Positions 1-12,939 of a stretch of DNA of 64,000 nt are shown in pieces. This DNA is from Lama glama (lineage: Eukaryota). The stretch is taken from positions 30,506,001-30,570,000 of the forward strand of contig CM052817.1 of NCBI GenBank assembly GCA_028534125.1. The letters run 5' to 3'. Both the position numbers and the translations under genes were made by a program. Below the pieces are notes generated by a model, which searched no databases, was not told the DNA's origin, and saw nothing but the letters and a program-made list of their open reading frames with translations. Within the stretch, counting starts at the first letter, position 1. Every line of letters starts with the position of its first letter.

Positions 1-229
1 AATGGGTTACAAAGAATGCTGTTCAACTGGCAAACTGGAATTCTATGAAAATATTTCAAGCTTGAAGATTAAAAATCCAACTCAAAAGAAGAGTATAAAT
101 ACGTAGCTAAAAACTGTAGGATTGACAAGCAAGGTCACAGAGAAGGTTAAGAAGAAAAGAGTTGGGAGAATTACTGGAGTATGATGTTTAAGAAATCTAG
201 AAAAAGGAAATCAAATGGACAACAACAAA

Positions 230-1815
230 ATCCTCACAAAAATGTGACTTATTTATGAAGAAAATATTTAAATTATTGAAAGATAAAAAATAAAATATGA
301 AAAGATACACATATTCTTGGATGGAAACATTCAACATCATAAAGATGACAATTCTTGCAAAATCAATCTTTAATGTGATACAATCTCAAATGTAAAATGT
401 CAATAGATTTTGTTTTATTTTGGTTTATTTTGTAGAATTATATATGCTGATTCTAGGGCTTAGATGGTAAAACAAACAAACACAAAAAGCTTGGAAATTT
501 ATTTTAAAAGGCTAGAGGAGTTCGAAATTTGTAGAAACTGACAGGTACATACAGAACAGATAAACAAGATTATACTGCATAGTACAGGGAAATATATACA
601 AGATCTTATGGTAGCTCACGGTGAAAAAGTATGCAACAATGAATATATGTGTGTTCATGTATAACTGAAAAATTGTATTCTACACTGGAAATTGACACAA
701 CATTGTAAACTGACTGTAACTCAATAAAATAACATAAAATAACATAACATAAAATAAAATAAAATAAAATAAAATAAAATAAAATAAAATAAAATAAAAT
801 AAAATGAAATAAAAAAGACAAGAAGAGAAATATGGGTGCAATGGCTCTCTCAAATGTTAAAACATTTATTTCAGCTACAGTAACTAAATCAGTGTAGTGC
901 TTAAGCATGAATACATAATGTCAATGGTATAAAAAACTCTGAAAATACACAACACATTTAGAAGTTGCGTATATGATAAAAGTGGTATTGCAAATTTGTC
1001 TAAAAAAGATGGATTTTTCAATAAAAGATGTTAGGACAACTAGGTTACCAATTTATGGCTTTGATCATCTTTCTGTCACAAGTATTTTACTCTAATTATT
1101 CAACCAACCTTTCTCTTCTTCACATTGATTATCACTTTGCCTCATCAGTCCAACAGGATAAATTCTCAATAAATCAAATATTTTAAGTACATGAAATGAA
1201 CATGCATAAAATCACTAAAAGAAACCATGAGAAAATTTTTAAATAATCTCACCTAGAAGCCATTCTGTTCACCAAAAACAAACAGGTAAAAAAACATGAC
1301 CTCACTCAAAAAATCATGAATGGTAAAATCCTACAGGAATAATATCAAAAGACAAACAAATTGAGAAAAATAATGGCAACTGGTATCACAGGCAGTATGT
1401 CAAGTCTTCAACTCCTTTGAGAAAAATCCCTTAAAAGAAATTTGCAAGTATATAAACTGGTAGTTCATAAAAATGAAAATATGAATGGTTCTTAAACATG
1501 AAAAAATTTCCAATCCTAATAAAAGAAATAAAACTCATAAGTATATTGAGAACATCTTTTTTTCCTGATAGGTTAGTAAAGACAAAAAATTGATAACACA
1601 TTGTGTGGATGAGGATGGCGGTGTAAGGAAATGGGCGTTCTCACATATCGCTGGTGGGAATGTGTATGACAGTGTAACTTAAAGGAAAATTTGGAAGCAT
1701 CTATCAAAATTACAAATGCACATTTTTTTTTTTACCTTTCAGGTATACTTGCACACAGACATAAAAGGCTATTTGTTGTCACATTGTTTATAGTATCAAA
1801 GTTAGCAAACCAAAT
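230..1815 (+). mobile_element. Old, degraded L1 (L1M-type) ORF2/3' fragments, interrupted by a younger L1 3' end
   Basis: L1 ORF2-like remnants, e.g. tcttggatggaaacattcaacatcataaagatgacaattcttgcaaaatcaatc and ttctcacatatcgctggtgggaatgtg; boundaries approximate. Confidence 0.6.
521..815 (+). mobile_element. 5'-truncated camelid-type L1 3' end with (TAAAA)n tail
   Basis: Closely matches the L1 3' UTR at 42350-42520 (acagggaaatatatacaagatcttatggtagctcac...gacacaacattgtaaa...taactcaataaaa); followed by a (TAAAA)n array at ~725-812. Confidence 0.85.
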
Positions 1816-2465
1816 GTTCTAGTGTGTCTATGATGAAAATGGATTGTTCTCAAAATCAGAAAAAAATGCAATAACTGTTTTAAGATACAACAATACACTC
1901 ACACTAAGACGGCAGACCATTGGAGAATGGTTATGGAAGAATGGTCTGATGGTTGCATTTTGGGACAGTAAGCATGCCTAGTCCTCTTAGTGATTTAGAA
2001 GTGAAAGAAATGGCTTTCATTAGCAAAAAGAAAAACTGACTGCATAGGTTACAGCTTCGTAAAGAAAACTCAGTTACTAAACCAGCCCTTAAGCACCTTA
2101 GGTAATGTTAAGTCCACTTGTATCTTAGGCCATGAGCTTTTTCAAGAGCCTCTGAAAATGTGTGAGGTCTGAAAAAAATAAATATATTGACTAACTTAAG
2201 CATGAAAACTGCATAATTAAAATAAATACATTTTACATAAATGTCTATACAATTTTGTATATCAATTAAACAAAAATTTAAATCACTTCATATTTATGTA
2301 TAGCAACATTTAACTGCAAGGTAAGTTCATTTTAACATGTTGGCTTCAGCGCAGGTCTGGGTTTCCAAAAGGAAGAGTATCTAAAGACCTTTAAAAGTCT
2401 CTGAGACTTACTTCAATGAAAAGGTCTTAGTTTAAAAACTATAGATAATTTTAAAATAATAATAA

Positions 2466-2890
2466 GTGGAAACAAAGTGTTCATCAACAGTGAATGGATA
2501 AACACAATGCAGTACACACATACAATGTAATACTACTTAGCCATAAGAAGATGGAAGTTCTGATCATGCTACCACACTGATGAACCTTGAAAATGGTATG
2601 CTAAGTGAAATAAGATGACATAAAAAGACAAATACTGTACGATTTTACTTATATAAAATACCTAGAATAGGCAAATTCATAGAGACACAAAGCAGATTAG
2701 AGATCAGCAGGGTTTGGGGAGAACAAGGAGTTATGACTTAATGGGTTCAGAGTTTCTCTATGGAGTAAAGAAAAAATTTGGAAATAGATAGTGGTGATGG
2801 TTGTACAATGGTGTGAATGTAATTAAAACCACTGAATTGTACACTTAAAAATGGAAAATTTTCTGTTATATATTTTACCCAGTAAAAAAT
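2466..2890 (+). mobile_element. L1MB-type 3' UTR
   Basis: gaatggataaac...gaaccttgaaaa...atgctaagtgaaa...ggcaaattcatagagac...gatagtggtgatggttgtacaa...ccactgaattgtacacttaaaaatgg, typical of L1MB 3' ends. Confidence 0.8.
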
Positions 2891-4188
2891 GTTTTAAAAT
2901 AAGGGAATGGAAAGTGGTTTATAACTTCTGACTGCTCTTTTAAAGATAATTTGTACTAAATTAGTTGATGAATTTGCTTCTTTTCTACCTGATTCTAAGC
3001 ATCATAGAATGGTTCTGATAGTTTGTATCTGAAGCACTTCATTTCTGAGAGTCCAAATAAGTTTTAATTTTATTTCCTCAAGTTTTAGAACACGCTTAAC
3101 TAACAACAACAACAAAAATACGTTCCACTTGATAATATAATAATTTCATTTGCTGCTACTCTGAATGTTCACACCCACATGCCCATAAGCACACAAATTT
3201 ATGTTAATTTCACAAATGCACGAATTTTCCTAGGCTGTCACAGAAATTAGATTATATAAAATATACAGCAATGAGATTTTACATATATATGTGTGCGTAT
3301 GCACGTATATGTGTGTGTGCATACATGTAACTCAATGCCCAGCACAGAATACTTGGTAATGCATAGTGGTACATATAGAACATAAACTATAAATAGAGCT
3401 CTATTTAGACCTACACAAATTTCAAAAAGTAGTGTGCAAAATCAAGATAAAGCTGTAAGTACTTTATTTTAGATACATCAATGTCTTAAATCCTCTTTTG
3501 CAAAATTCTTTCTCCAGATTAATGGCTATTATGATGAAAGTGTCAATCTCTTCATTGTAAATTCAGCTATTGAAAAATACCTTTAACAGCTAAGATTTGA
3601 AACAGTCTTTTTTTCAACAAAACCATTAACTGGAAACTTGAGTTGTCTAGAGTTTTCTGTATTCCATTAGTGACATAAAGTGGCCAATGACACAAAGCTA
3701 ATATTAGAGTTCCCTTACCAACAAATGTCTATAGTTTCTTCATCTTTATCCCTCAATAGAATGAGAAATATGCTGCAGAGTAGAAGTTTCCAAATGCAAA
3801 AAAAAAAAAAAAGATTCACTTATGATGACATTAAGGGAAAGAAGATAAGGATAGCATTTTACTAATGATGAAGAAAACTTTCAACAACTGGGTCACAAAG
3901 GACATTCAGCTCAACTTTTATCAAAGATTCAACTAAATAAGAATATTACTCTCGAGGCATTCTGTTTAGCCAAATTTTTCCATATTGCAATTTAGTTATA
4001 GAAAATCTCTGCACAACATTTTCCAAACATTCTATTTTTTAACAGATCATCTTTTCAATAATGCCCACTATTGGTCATTTGGTGACCATTCTTTACTGAC
4101 ACTTGAAGGCAGCTGTGAGTTTAGCAGCCAACCTTAGTTAGAAAAAGAGTTGAAATTTTTCAAATTGTTCCTGGCTTCCAATTCATAT

Positions 4189-4571
4189 TGTATTAATCTG
4201 TTCAGGCCACTGTAACAAAAAAAACCATAGAAATTTTGCTTAACAAAATTTCTCACAGTTCTGGAGGCTGCAAAGTCAAAGATCAAAGTGCCCGCAGATT
4301 TGGTTCCTAGTGAGAGAGCTCAATTCTAGATTTGCAGTGTGTCCTAGCTTGCTGTGTCCTCACATAGGGCTCTAACCTCTTCCTCTTCTTATACTAATTA
4401 CATTGATAATTCTTATACTTCTACTACTATTCCCGTTATGCAGGCTCCACTCTCATGGTCTCATTTAAACTTAATTACTTCCCAAAGGCCCCACCTCCTA
4501 ATACCATCACATTAGAAGTTAGGGTTTCAACAAATGAATTTTAGATAAACATAAACATTCAGTCCACAATA
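4189..4571 (-). mobile_element. MaLR solo LTR (MLT1A-like)
   Basis: tgtatta... start, ctcacagttctggaggctg...aagatcaaagtg, aaaggccccacctcctaataccatcacatt, aaacattcagtccacaa end. Confidence 0.8.
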
Positions 4572-5759
4572 CATACTTTGAAATTATATTTAATCTGAAG
4601 TTAACATAACCATATTTCTAAATATCTTCACATTTAAAAAATTGTCACCCTGCATAATTTAATTGGATATTTTCATATGTTCTCATATATTGGTATGCAT
4701 CAGACTCACCTGGGGGAGCCCGTGCAACATAAAAGTGAGATCCAACCCAAACATACAAGCATAAATAGAAAGTAACGAAAATAATTAACTTGGGTTTTCT
4801 ATAGATGAGAACTATTGTCAGCAAAAGAAGAGGAATCTTCCTATATAAATAATCTAAAGAAGATATTGGGAAGTTAAAAAAATACCACTTTATATCAAAC
4901 TCATTTGCAAATTCATGACTAATTCTTGATTATTATATGCCTTCAATCTCTCTTGGAAATCTAATTCAATATTTAAGTCATATTCATTAAACATTAATGG
5001 CTCACTACAATCATATATTTGTTTATAAAAATCAGAATATATACTTTTGGGAATAAGTTTCATCAACAGGATGAGATAGTGCTCTTAGAAAAGTAATGAT
5101 GATTAAATATCCACAAAGGTTTTTGTAACATTCTGTTTTATGTGTTCCTATACTGCCTCATGCTGTTTGTTGCCACATTTCAGAAATACCAGAGAGCAAG
5201 GTAGGGTCTGGAGAAGGACAATAATAATAACAGAGCACAGAACAGATTTATAAACGTAAAGATACAAAAGGTCAGAACTCCTCATTCTGAAAGACTGAGG
5301 TTGAAATCACTGAAATTATTGTAAACAAAGGAGACATGGATAAGGTGAACGTGTGTATTTACTGAATTCTAGATGCCTAGGAGGTAAATCTAGAAAACAG
5401 TATACTCTTTGAAAGTACATTGCTGTCGCACAGATCAAGCAAAGCAACCTGCCAACTAAAGGCAAAATAGTTTCCAGAAAAATGTAAGTGAACTTACATA
5501 TTCTAAATCAACATTAAACTATGAAGGAAAGTTAAAAGTCATTTAGGTCACATCTCTACTCTATGGCATTTGACATCAGACAAAATAATCATGCTTCTTC
5601 AGAGGCAGCACTTAAAAATTAAAAAAAAAATCATGAACCAACTACCAACATGTCTTACATTAGAAATAATTTAGATAACTTGTAATTTTATAAGTGAACT
5701 AATATATTGGATATGAAAATGTTAAAAATGTAAACTTTTTTTAGAAAATGTCAAATTTC

Positions 5760-6875
5760 ATTAGATGCGGTAAACAGCATCCCTCAAAGATGAAGAGTTC
5801 AGATGGCATACGGTCCTAGCAGTCAAAACCCCTTTTATCCATGTTGGCTGTTCTCTGTTCTTTCAGGAAGATCAGACTTGTGCCACAGGAGAGTACCTAT
5901 AATTTTCTATCCGACCCTGGTGGTCATGCAGCAAAGCATAACTTGGTCCATTAATCCTGAGCAGAGTGAAAGTATGGAGTATTCTGCGATCGCACAAACG
6001 TGCCTTGAGGCCTTATTGGTATGCATAGCTTCTCTCAAGTGTGTGGTAGACTGGAGATGGCCAGTCCTTATTATTCAAACCTGGATCAGTGGCAGCTTTC
6101 CTCTCATTCATCTTCTGGGAAAACCCTGTGCCACAGTTAGAAGAAATGGTAATGTGCTCCAATTTCCTTCTGTTAGCTTATCCCAAGACTTGAGAATTCT
6201 GGATGGCATTTGGCCCAATCCCAGAAATTTTATTCCACATTGATTTTGCCTTTCCTGAGCTTTTTATTTTTTTTTTTCATTTCAAAATCTGTACCCTCAA
6301 AATCACCTCAAGATCAAGTACTGAAATCAGTGCTGATGTCCCTGGACCCTCTTCTTGAATCATGTTCTTTGAGCATTTGGTACTTCTCAAAACATCAACT
6401 GATTAAAAATTTTTGGCTTTATTTTGAGACCATTTTCTCATTTTAACTCGTTTGAGTCTCTGTGTTTTAATAAATAGTATCTTTCTTATGATCTGCGTCT
6501 GGCTTTCCTCGCAGACCCCGCCGAGAGCCCGGAGTGGAGCAGCCTATTTCTGGGCTCTCCTGAGGAGGCTCGTTCCCCAGCCCTCCCTCATCGTGCATTT
6601 GTTCCGGGCTGTCGGCTGCCTGATGTTTTGACGTCTCTCTCCATTAACTAACTCTTGCCTTTCAACCACCGTGCTTCCGGTTCTTGTTTACTGCCATCCT
6701 TGTCACAGCGCTTGGCTTACTCTTCCATGTCAACAGAATCCTTGGCAACTTCTTGTGTCATTTCTTGCCCCTCCTTCTGCACAGACTGCTTTTCAGCAAT
6801 CTGACTTTCCAAAGATAGCCTGTCGGCAGTTCAAAGTGTGGATTTTCTCTCTGGTCGCCTAGACTTGCTCAGTTT
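5760..6875 (-). pseudogene. Decayed coding-like segment, probable old processed pseudogene; tentative similarity to Elongin A (ELOA) central/C-terminal region
   Basis: More GC- and CpG-rich than flanks, not a recognised repeat, purine-rich minus strand. Frame pieces are broken by stops/frameshifts: ...SLESQIAEKQSVQKEGQEMTQEVAKDSVDMEE*..., KNF*SVDVL, EGTDFEMKKK, GPNAIQNS, NRRK...GTGFSQKMNE, HQGRIENY. Parent identity is by eye only. Confidence 0.4.
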
Positions 6876-7379
6876 AATTATTAGTAAGAGGCAGAAGGCC
6901 AACACATAAAGGTAAGTAACCACCTACACTGTCACTGAAAAGGCACAGGATTAAGTTCTATCCAGGGTGCCCGAAATCTCAGATGAGAGATTCATTTCTG
7001 ATTTCAGAAATTGTAATATTTTCAGGAGAGCTTGATCAAATTGTAAATACTCTCTTCTGTTTACCCTTAGGCCTTTCTACACATACTACTGTGGTGTTTA
7101 CCATATTATACATTCTATCTAATATTGTATTGCCATAATTAATTATAGTAAATATATAATATAAAAGTTAATTTTATGTTTCTGTGTCCCCAGGAGACTG
7201 TAAGCCATTTGCATAGGAATAGTGTTCTAGTCCTTATATTTTAGTGTCTATGGTCATACTTGATGACAGTAGGTCTAAATATATAGGTGTTGAGTTAACA
7301 GATACAAAATATAGGTAGAGAGGTGACAAATTTACACCACTGATTTCTAATGCATCTATTTCAACTCTAAGAAGTATCA

Positions 7380-7830
7380 GTTGGGAAACTGAGTCAGTTG
7401 AAACAATTGAAAGCTCAAATAACAGTGGCTTGAGCACAATATGGTGAATTTTTCTTATATAATGAGAAGTCCCTGGTAAGGATATTCCTGATATTGATTT
7501 GAAAGTTCAAGGATGGCATGGCTAACATCTCAGCAATATTCGAGGCCTTTCAAGGTGGCTGCCCCAGTTCCAGCCATCATGTGTACCTCCCAGGAATGAG
7601 GAGGAAAGAAAGGGCCAGAAGGAAGGTAAGACAACATCTTTATCAAGAAAGCCGACTTTTCCCAGAAATTCCATCAGATTTCTGTTTATATTTCATTGGA
7701 CAGAATTATGGCATATTGTCTCCCATAGCAACAAGAAGGATGAGAAAACGGGGGGCTTGTGGGGTTTTTCTTTTCCTTGACTCCACAAGTAGGAAGAGAA
7801 GAATGAATATTGAATAAGCCACAAGAAATT
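7380..7830 (-). mobile_element. Old MaLR LTR fragment (MLT1 family)
   Basis: ctcaaataacagtggcttgag...ataatgagaagtcc...ttcattggacagaattatggcatat...gcaacaagaaggatgagaaa, MLT1-like motifs; boundaries approximate. Confidence 0.5.
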
Positions 7831-8049
7831 TCTGTCACAGAGGGGTACTGAGGAGTGCTGAGGAAGAGTCAATTTAAATGAAAATGTCAGTGTAAGTGAA
7901 AGAGAGCAAATGACATCAACTGATGGCTGCTTCACCATCATGCCCGGTACTGGCTGACAGGAGTCAGACATTTTGGTCTATAAGCCTTAAAGCCTGACTG
8001 AGGCATGGGCTTCATGGGAATCTTAACACAAAATCTTTCTTTTTTTCAT

Positions 8050-8840
8050 TAAGTCCCTTTATGGGCTTCATCAAGAAAGTTTTCTTGAGCACTTTCTATA
8101 TATCTGGCTCTGTGATACATTGAGTACTACAACATAGTACTTGCCTGCAAGCTGCCCACCTTAATCTAATCTTTGCAACAACGGAAGTGAGCACAGGATC
8201 TTGTGGAAGTCCACTGAAGAAGCTCTTAACTCAGACTGGTGTGTGCTTGTGGAGGGACAGTTCTGTCAGGGAAGGAGTGTCACAGAAGGAGAAAGTGGAG
8301 CTCACCAGATGAAGTGCAGAACAGGGTTACTGGCATAGAGCATCAGTGCATGAAGGCACAGGAAGGCAAAGAACGTACAAAGCATTCTGAGATTTGTCAT
8401 TTTTTCAAGTGGTGCAAAGCACAGAATTCAAAGGGTGAGGACAATGGAAGTGAGACAAACTAGAAGAGAGGTAAGAAAAAGCAAAGGGTCTTTCTGAACA
8501 ATGAGACAATGAATAATTTTAAGCTGGTATTAGTTCTATGTTTTAGGAAAATAATTTGGGTGCTACCGAGGACAGTTTATTGGAGACAGGTAACACTGGA
8601 GAGAGGGAATTTAGTTAAAGGAGTACTTCAATTGTTCAAATAAAAAATATGAAGGCTTAACCCAAAACAGTATCAGAGGATTTGGGGAAAAAAAGAACTG
8701 GATTCCACAAACATTAAACAAGTCAAAGAACATAATCACCAAATACTGTGTGTGTGTGCGTGTGTGGTAGGCAGGCAGGGGAATAAGTGTAGAAATGGGG
8801 CAGAAATGAGAGTAGAAAACTAAAATAACTCCCATTTCTT
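8050..8840 (-). mobile_element. L2 fragment
   Basis: Purine-rich L2-antisense-like sequence (ttgagcactttctatatatctggctctgtg; ggcatagagcatcagtgcatgaaggcacagg; ctatgttttaggaaaataatttgggtgc). Confidence 0.5.
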
Positions 8841-9764
8841 CACTTATTCATGGATTCAATAATGATGATTGAGACGATTTTCCTAAAGGTAGTGTGTGCC
8901 TGGGGTAGTGTGCTACATTAGTAAGACATAGTAACCTACAGCCCTGTTCATACTAATGTCTATACATCTGACCCAAGCACAGCAGGACGCAACTCCAACA
9001 ATAAAGTCACTCAGCCACTGAGAAACCGAACAACGTGCTCCTGAGTCACGGCTGAACAGCCTACTTCCTAGAGCAAATCTCAAGGACCAAAGGAATAATA
9101 TGAAACAACAGATTTTATTAGGCAAAGAACAAGCTTGTTTACACCATGTTTCCATGGTGAGTTACTTAGTAGCTTTCAAAATGACTTATTAAAGAAATGA
9201 AAAACTTACTACATCAGCCTCTATAGCAATTAAAGAATAAAATCTGGTATCTAAAATATGAGGGAAAATTCCTAAATCATAAAGAAAATGATGCAGTCTT
9301 CACAAAGTCAATCCAAGTAATTAGATACTTATATAAGAACAGCAAGGCACGTAGCAATAGACTGTGGTCCCAGCTCCAGAGAAAACCTGCAGAAATGGTG
9401 AGCTGGAAGCATGCAACAGTTCCTAAAATTTGCATACTATTATCCTGTCTTTATATTATGCATAAAGGTGCCTTAAGGTTCACCACCCCAACAGTCCTCG
9501 TCACTGCTATTACCAGTTCAACCATGCTAATAACAAGGAATCTCGTAACACCACCTGGTTTGCAAAACTTGTATAGAAGAATAAATTCCCAAAGTAATTC
9601 TGGTTTCCAGATAAGAAGAGCATCTGTATTAAAAAATACAGCTCTTCTTTTTCAAAAGATTAGTTTCCTCTGTGTTTGTGTATTGCAAGATTATTTGACC
9701 TTAAGGACAGTGAAACTGACATATTAGCAGAAATGGGTAAGTACGATTAAAACAAATACAAAGC

Positions 9765-9965
9765 ATAGTGGTTACAAGCTCAGTTAAAGTCAGAAAGACC
9801 TTGACTAGAATCTTGGCTTTTGAACTTACCCAGTTTCTTAGACTCTCTAAGCCTCATCAATAATATAAAAATAATATCACCTAGTTCACAGAATTGTGAG
9901 AAGTAAATGTTCACGAGGCAACCGGCCCCAAATCTGGCAAAGAGTAAATGTTCAATATATATTAA
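9765..9965. mobile_element. MIR SINE (further MIR fragments at ~10.0, 20.2, 21.6, 24.1, 24.4, 32.4, 34.3 and 54.4 kb)
   Basis: MIR core: ctctaagcctcatcaataatataaaaataatatcacctagttcacagaattgtgagaagtaaatg...ggcaaagagtaaatgttcaata. Confidence 0.65.
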
Positions 9966-11055
9966 TATAAAGGATGAATTAATAACATTCTGCAAAGCAG
10001 TGATTTGCATCCTCTTTTTACAGGAGAAAAGATTAACTCCTCCAAGGTCACAATGCTAGTAAATTTGAGAACCAAATTCAAACACGGGTCTACCATGGTA
10101 GGTTCGCTACTCTGATATTTTTTTCATTCTATATTTTAGAAAATATCCTTTCAACAGGCTAGGATTTAATGTAATACTGTGCTGAGCTTATGGCTTCAGA
10201 AGTCAATGAAAGAGGGAACATACAGTAGAAAATGAAAGTAAAAGCATTCTACTCCAAACAGCTCAGTATGATAGCCCTGCAAATGACCAAGTTTAGAATA
10301 GAACCTATAAGAAATGGTGTAAGAAATGGTTAAAACCATCAAGATAATTTAAGTGTAGAGAAGGGACAGTAGGGGGAAGTATAACTGCAATTATCAAATG
10401 TACAGAAATGTAGTTTAAAATATTACGCACACTTTCACTTTGCAAGGATGGTTTAATTATTCCCAAAGTACTAAATATTAAATGCAAGAAAAAATGACAG
10501 TTATAAAATAGGCACTTTCTGCCAAGTTTGAATGAGAATTTATAGGAGTGGGGTGATTTCAGGAGATAGACGAGAGCTCTATTTATGACTCAGGGATGAA
10601 TTATTGTATTTACATTGGCAAGTTCTGTGGTTATAGGGGGATTATTTTTTTCACACAATGAGTATTTCAAAACAAAGTGTAATGTCTGAATTCTCATGTT
10701 TAATCATTAAAATGCCCATATTACCAAAAAAGAAACTGTTCATAGTAATTTGCCACTTAACAAAGTTATTAACACCAAAGAATTTGATTATCCTGTACAC
10801 TTTTATCTCAGTATATAATTTCATGCTTACCAAAGGATATATTATTGGTCATCAACTTGAACTGAAGGAGTTTAGGAATTAGAATTTCCAAATTCTACTT
10901 TCGAGTTAACCACTGATTCCAGATATAACCATAGACAAAGAAAAAATTAAATTCATTATTTCTAGATAGTTACACAGCACACTGACCAGGTCAATATAGT
11001 ATAAAAAGAAGGCCTACATAATAACAAAATGAAATGTTAAAAACAGTGTCCAAAA

Positions 11056-11252
11056 TAGATAAGCAACACGGGTATATTGCATAGCACAGGGAATTACAGC
11101 CATTATCTTATAATAATTCATAAGAATACAATCTGCAAAAATCCTGAATCACTAATCTGTAATACCATATATTACACCATAATATTATAAATTAGCTATA
11201 TTTCAATAAAAAAGGAAAAGTATTCAATGAGTATTTTTAAAAATGAAATTAA
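11056..11252 (+). mobile_element. Truncated artiodactyl-type L1 3' end
   Basis: tagataagcaacacgggtatattgcatagcacagggaattacagccattatctt...gaatcacta...tttcaataaaaa; degenerate TSD aaaaacagtgtccaaa / aaaaatagtgcctaaa. Confidence 0.75.
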
Positions 11253-11782
11253 AAAAATAGTGCCTAAATTTCTCAAAAACATGATTATACAATCACACCA
11301 GGGGGCGCTCTTAACACTGAAATGATGAATGACATTTTAAAACACATGGTGGTCTCATCTGGCCAAAATGATTTTTCTAAGCAGGTATAATACTTGCAAC
11401 AAATACTTATCTCTCCAAAATGTTTACTGGTAAGACACACATTTTCTTTTGCATCCAACTGCTTGAGTTGTTAAGACTATCAAGTTAGTCTTTTAAGTAA
11501 AGCATTTTCGGCTGATAGAAAACATCTTATTTTGGAAACATTTGTCTATTTAGACTAGCATCTGTCTCTTATTCTTTCTGTGACTGGCTAGTTTTGAATA
11601 ATGAGTAGAATGCTTAAGAGTACAAAAATTTTAAAATGGTTTCCTTGTCAATTTTTTACAAAATTTCTTTAGTTTTTTTGTTCTTTCACAAAAAGGAGGA
11701 GATTCTCAAAATTATCTAAAATTTCACTCATAGTGAAATTTTAATGTGAGTATACTGGGCCTTTTTCATATTTTGTCATTAC

Positions 11783-11838
11783 CTTGTAGGAACTCTGAAG
11801 CTCAGATGCTCTCCTCAGGAAGTTCAAGATTCAGGTTC
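11783..11838 (-). other. Candidate 56-nt internal exon (non-coding/5' UTR) of the minus-strand gene
   Basis: Minus strand: ttttctaattatatttttag|GAACCTGAATC...TTCCTACAAG|gtaatg. Branch-point-like ctaat, AG acceptor and strong donor in non-repetitive DNA; stop codons in all three frames. Confidence 0.45.
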
Positions 11839-12939
11839 CTAAAAATATAATTAGAAAATTAGTGTGAGGTTTCAAGGAAATAGAAAAAGGCTAAAGGTAA
11901 GGGTGGGCTATATTACCCAGAGAAAACCATCATAAACTACTCCACCAACAGTATGTATTTTTATATAAGTGACACCTGATTAAACATAAGAAGTAACTTA
12001 AAGTTGAAAGGAAAGAATCACAAAGTATGTAGAAGGAAGAAGACACAGCTACCTGTCTTCCTACAGTGGTAGAAAAGGAGTTTGTAAATTTTTCTCAACC
12101 CATGTAGTTGAGATAACCCCTTTTAGCTGTCAGCCGCTTCCACGAATCACTGTTCACCTGTGCCCAAGTTCAAACACGGTGAGTTCTGGTCAAGGTTTAC
12201 CTACTATGTGTGGAGAAGAGTATGCAGGAGAATGTTACGTTCAGGGAAGCAGGCTTAAACCTTTATGTAGTTTGTGCTCTAAATCAAACACACCATCACA
12301 CTAATGTCTCCAGTCCCGGGGACAGGAACTTTTCTTCTCATTCTATAACAAAAGTTTAAAGTAAAAATACACCTGGAAAAAATGATACATTTATTTACTA
12401 TTTTAGACCTAATGTATGTGAATGACAGGGAGTCCTACCCACCCAGAAACAGATATTAACAGTTTTCAAAAATGTGGGTGAGAAGGAAGAAAAAAAAAAA
12501 GAACTTAGTCTGGAAAGAGGCCAGGCCCCAGAGGAGAAAACCCTGCAGGGAGACTATGTCAGGAGAGGGGTCAGGTGCCCACCATTACCTGCATTACCCC
12601 TTCTTAATCTTTGGAGTGAAAGCTAGTACTGAGAGGTTCATTAAGGCAAATACAGCCTTGTTTGGTGAGAAGCAACATCTGACATGAACCAATCTGGTGT
12701 ATTGTAAAACCACAAGAATTTCCATCAACAGCAAAGTCAGAGTCATGGGTTGGAGTTTCATGTGGCCCATCCTGTTAGAAGCAGGCCCTAAGTTGGTTGG
12801 TAGAAAATGGAGATAGAGTACACTTCCCATTAGGATGGGAATGGTTGCCAGAGAGCCACCAAGTAACCTATATCTTAGATCAGGTCCTTGTGCCACCTGA
12901 AGATAAGGATACTAACCAAGAAATGGTGAATTAAAAAAA

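Noticed and set aside
606..908. 100-aa ORF with FILFY repeats
   Set aside because: Antisense translation of the (TAAAA)n L1 tail.
5803..6243. Longest ORF in the window (146 aa, + strand)
   Set aside because: No recognisable domain; it is antisense to the decayed minus-strand coding-like block, so likely a shadow ORF.
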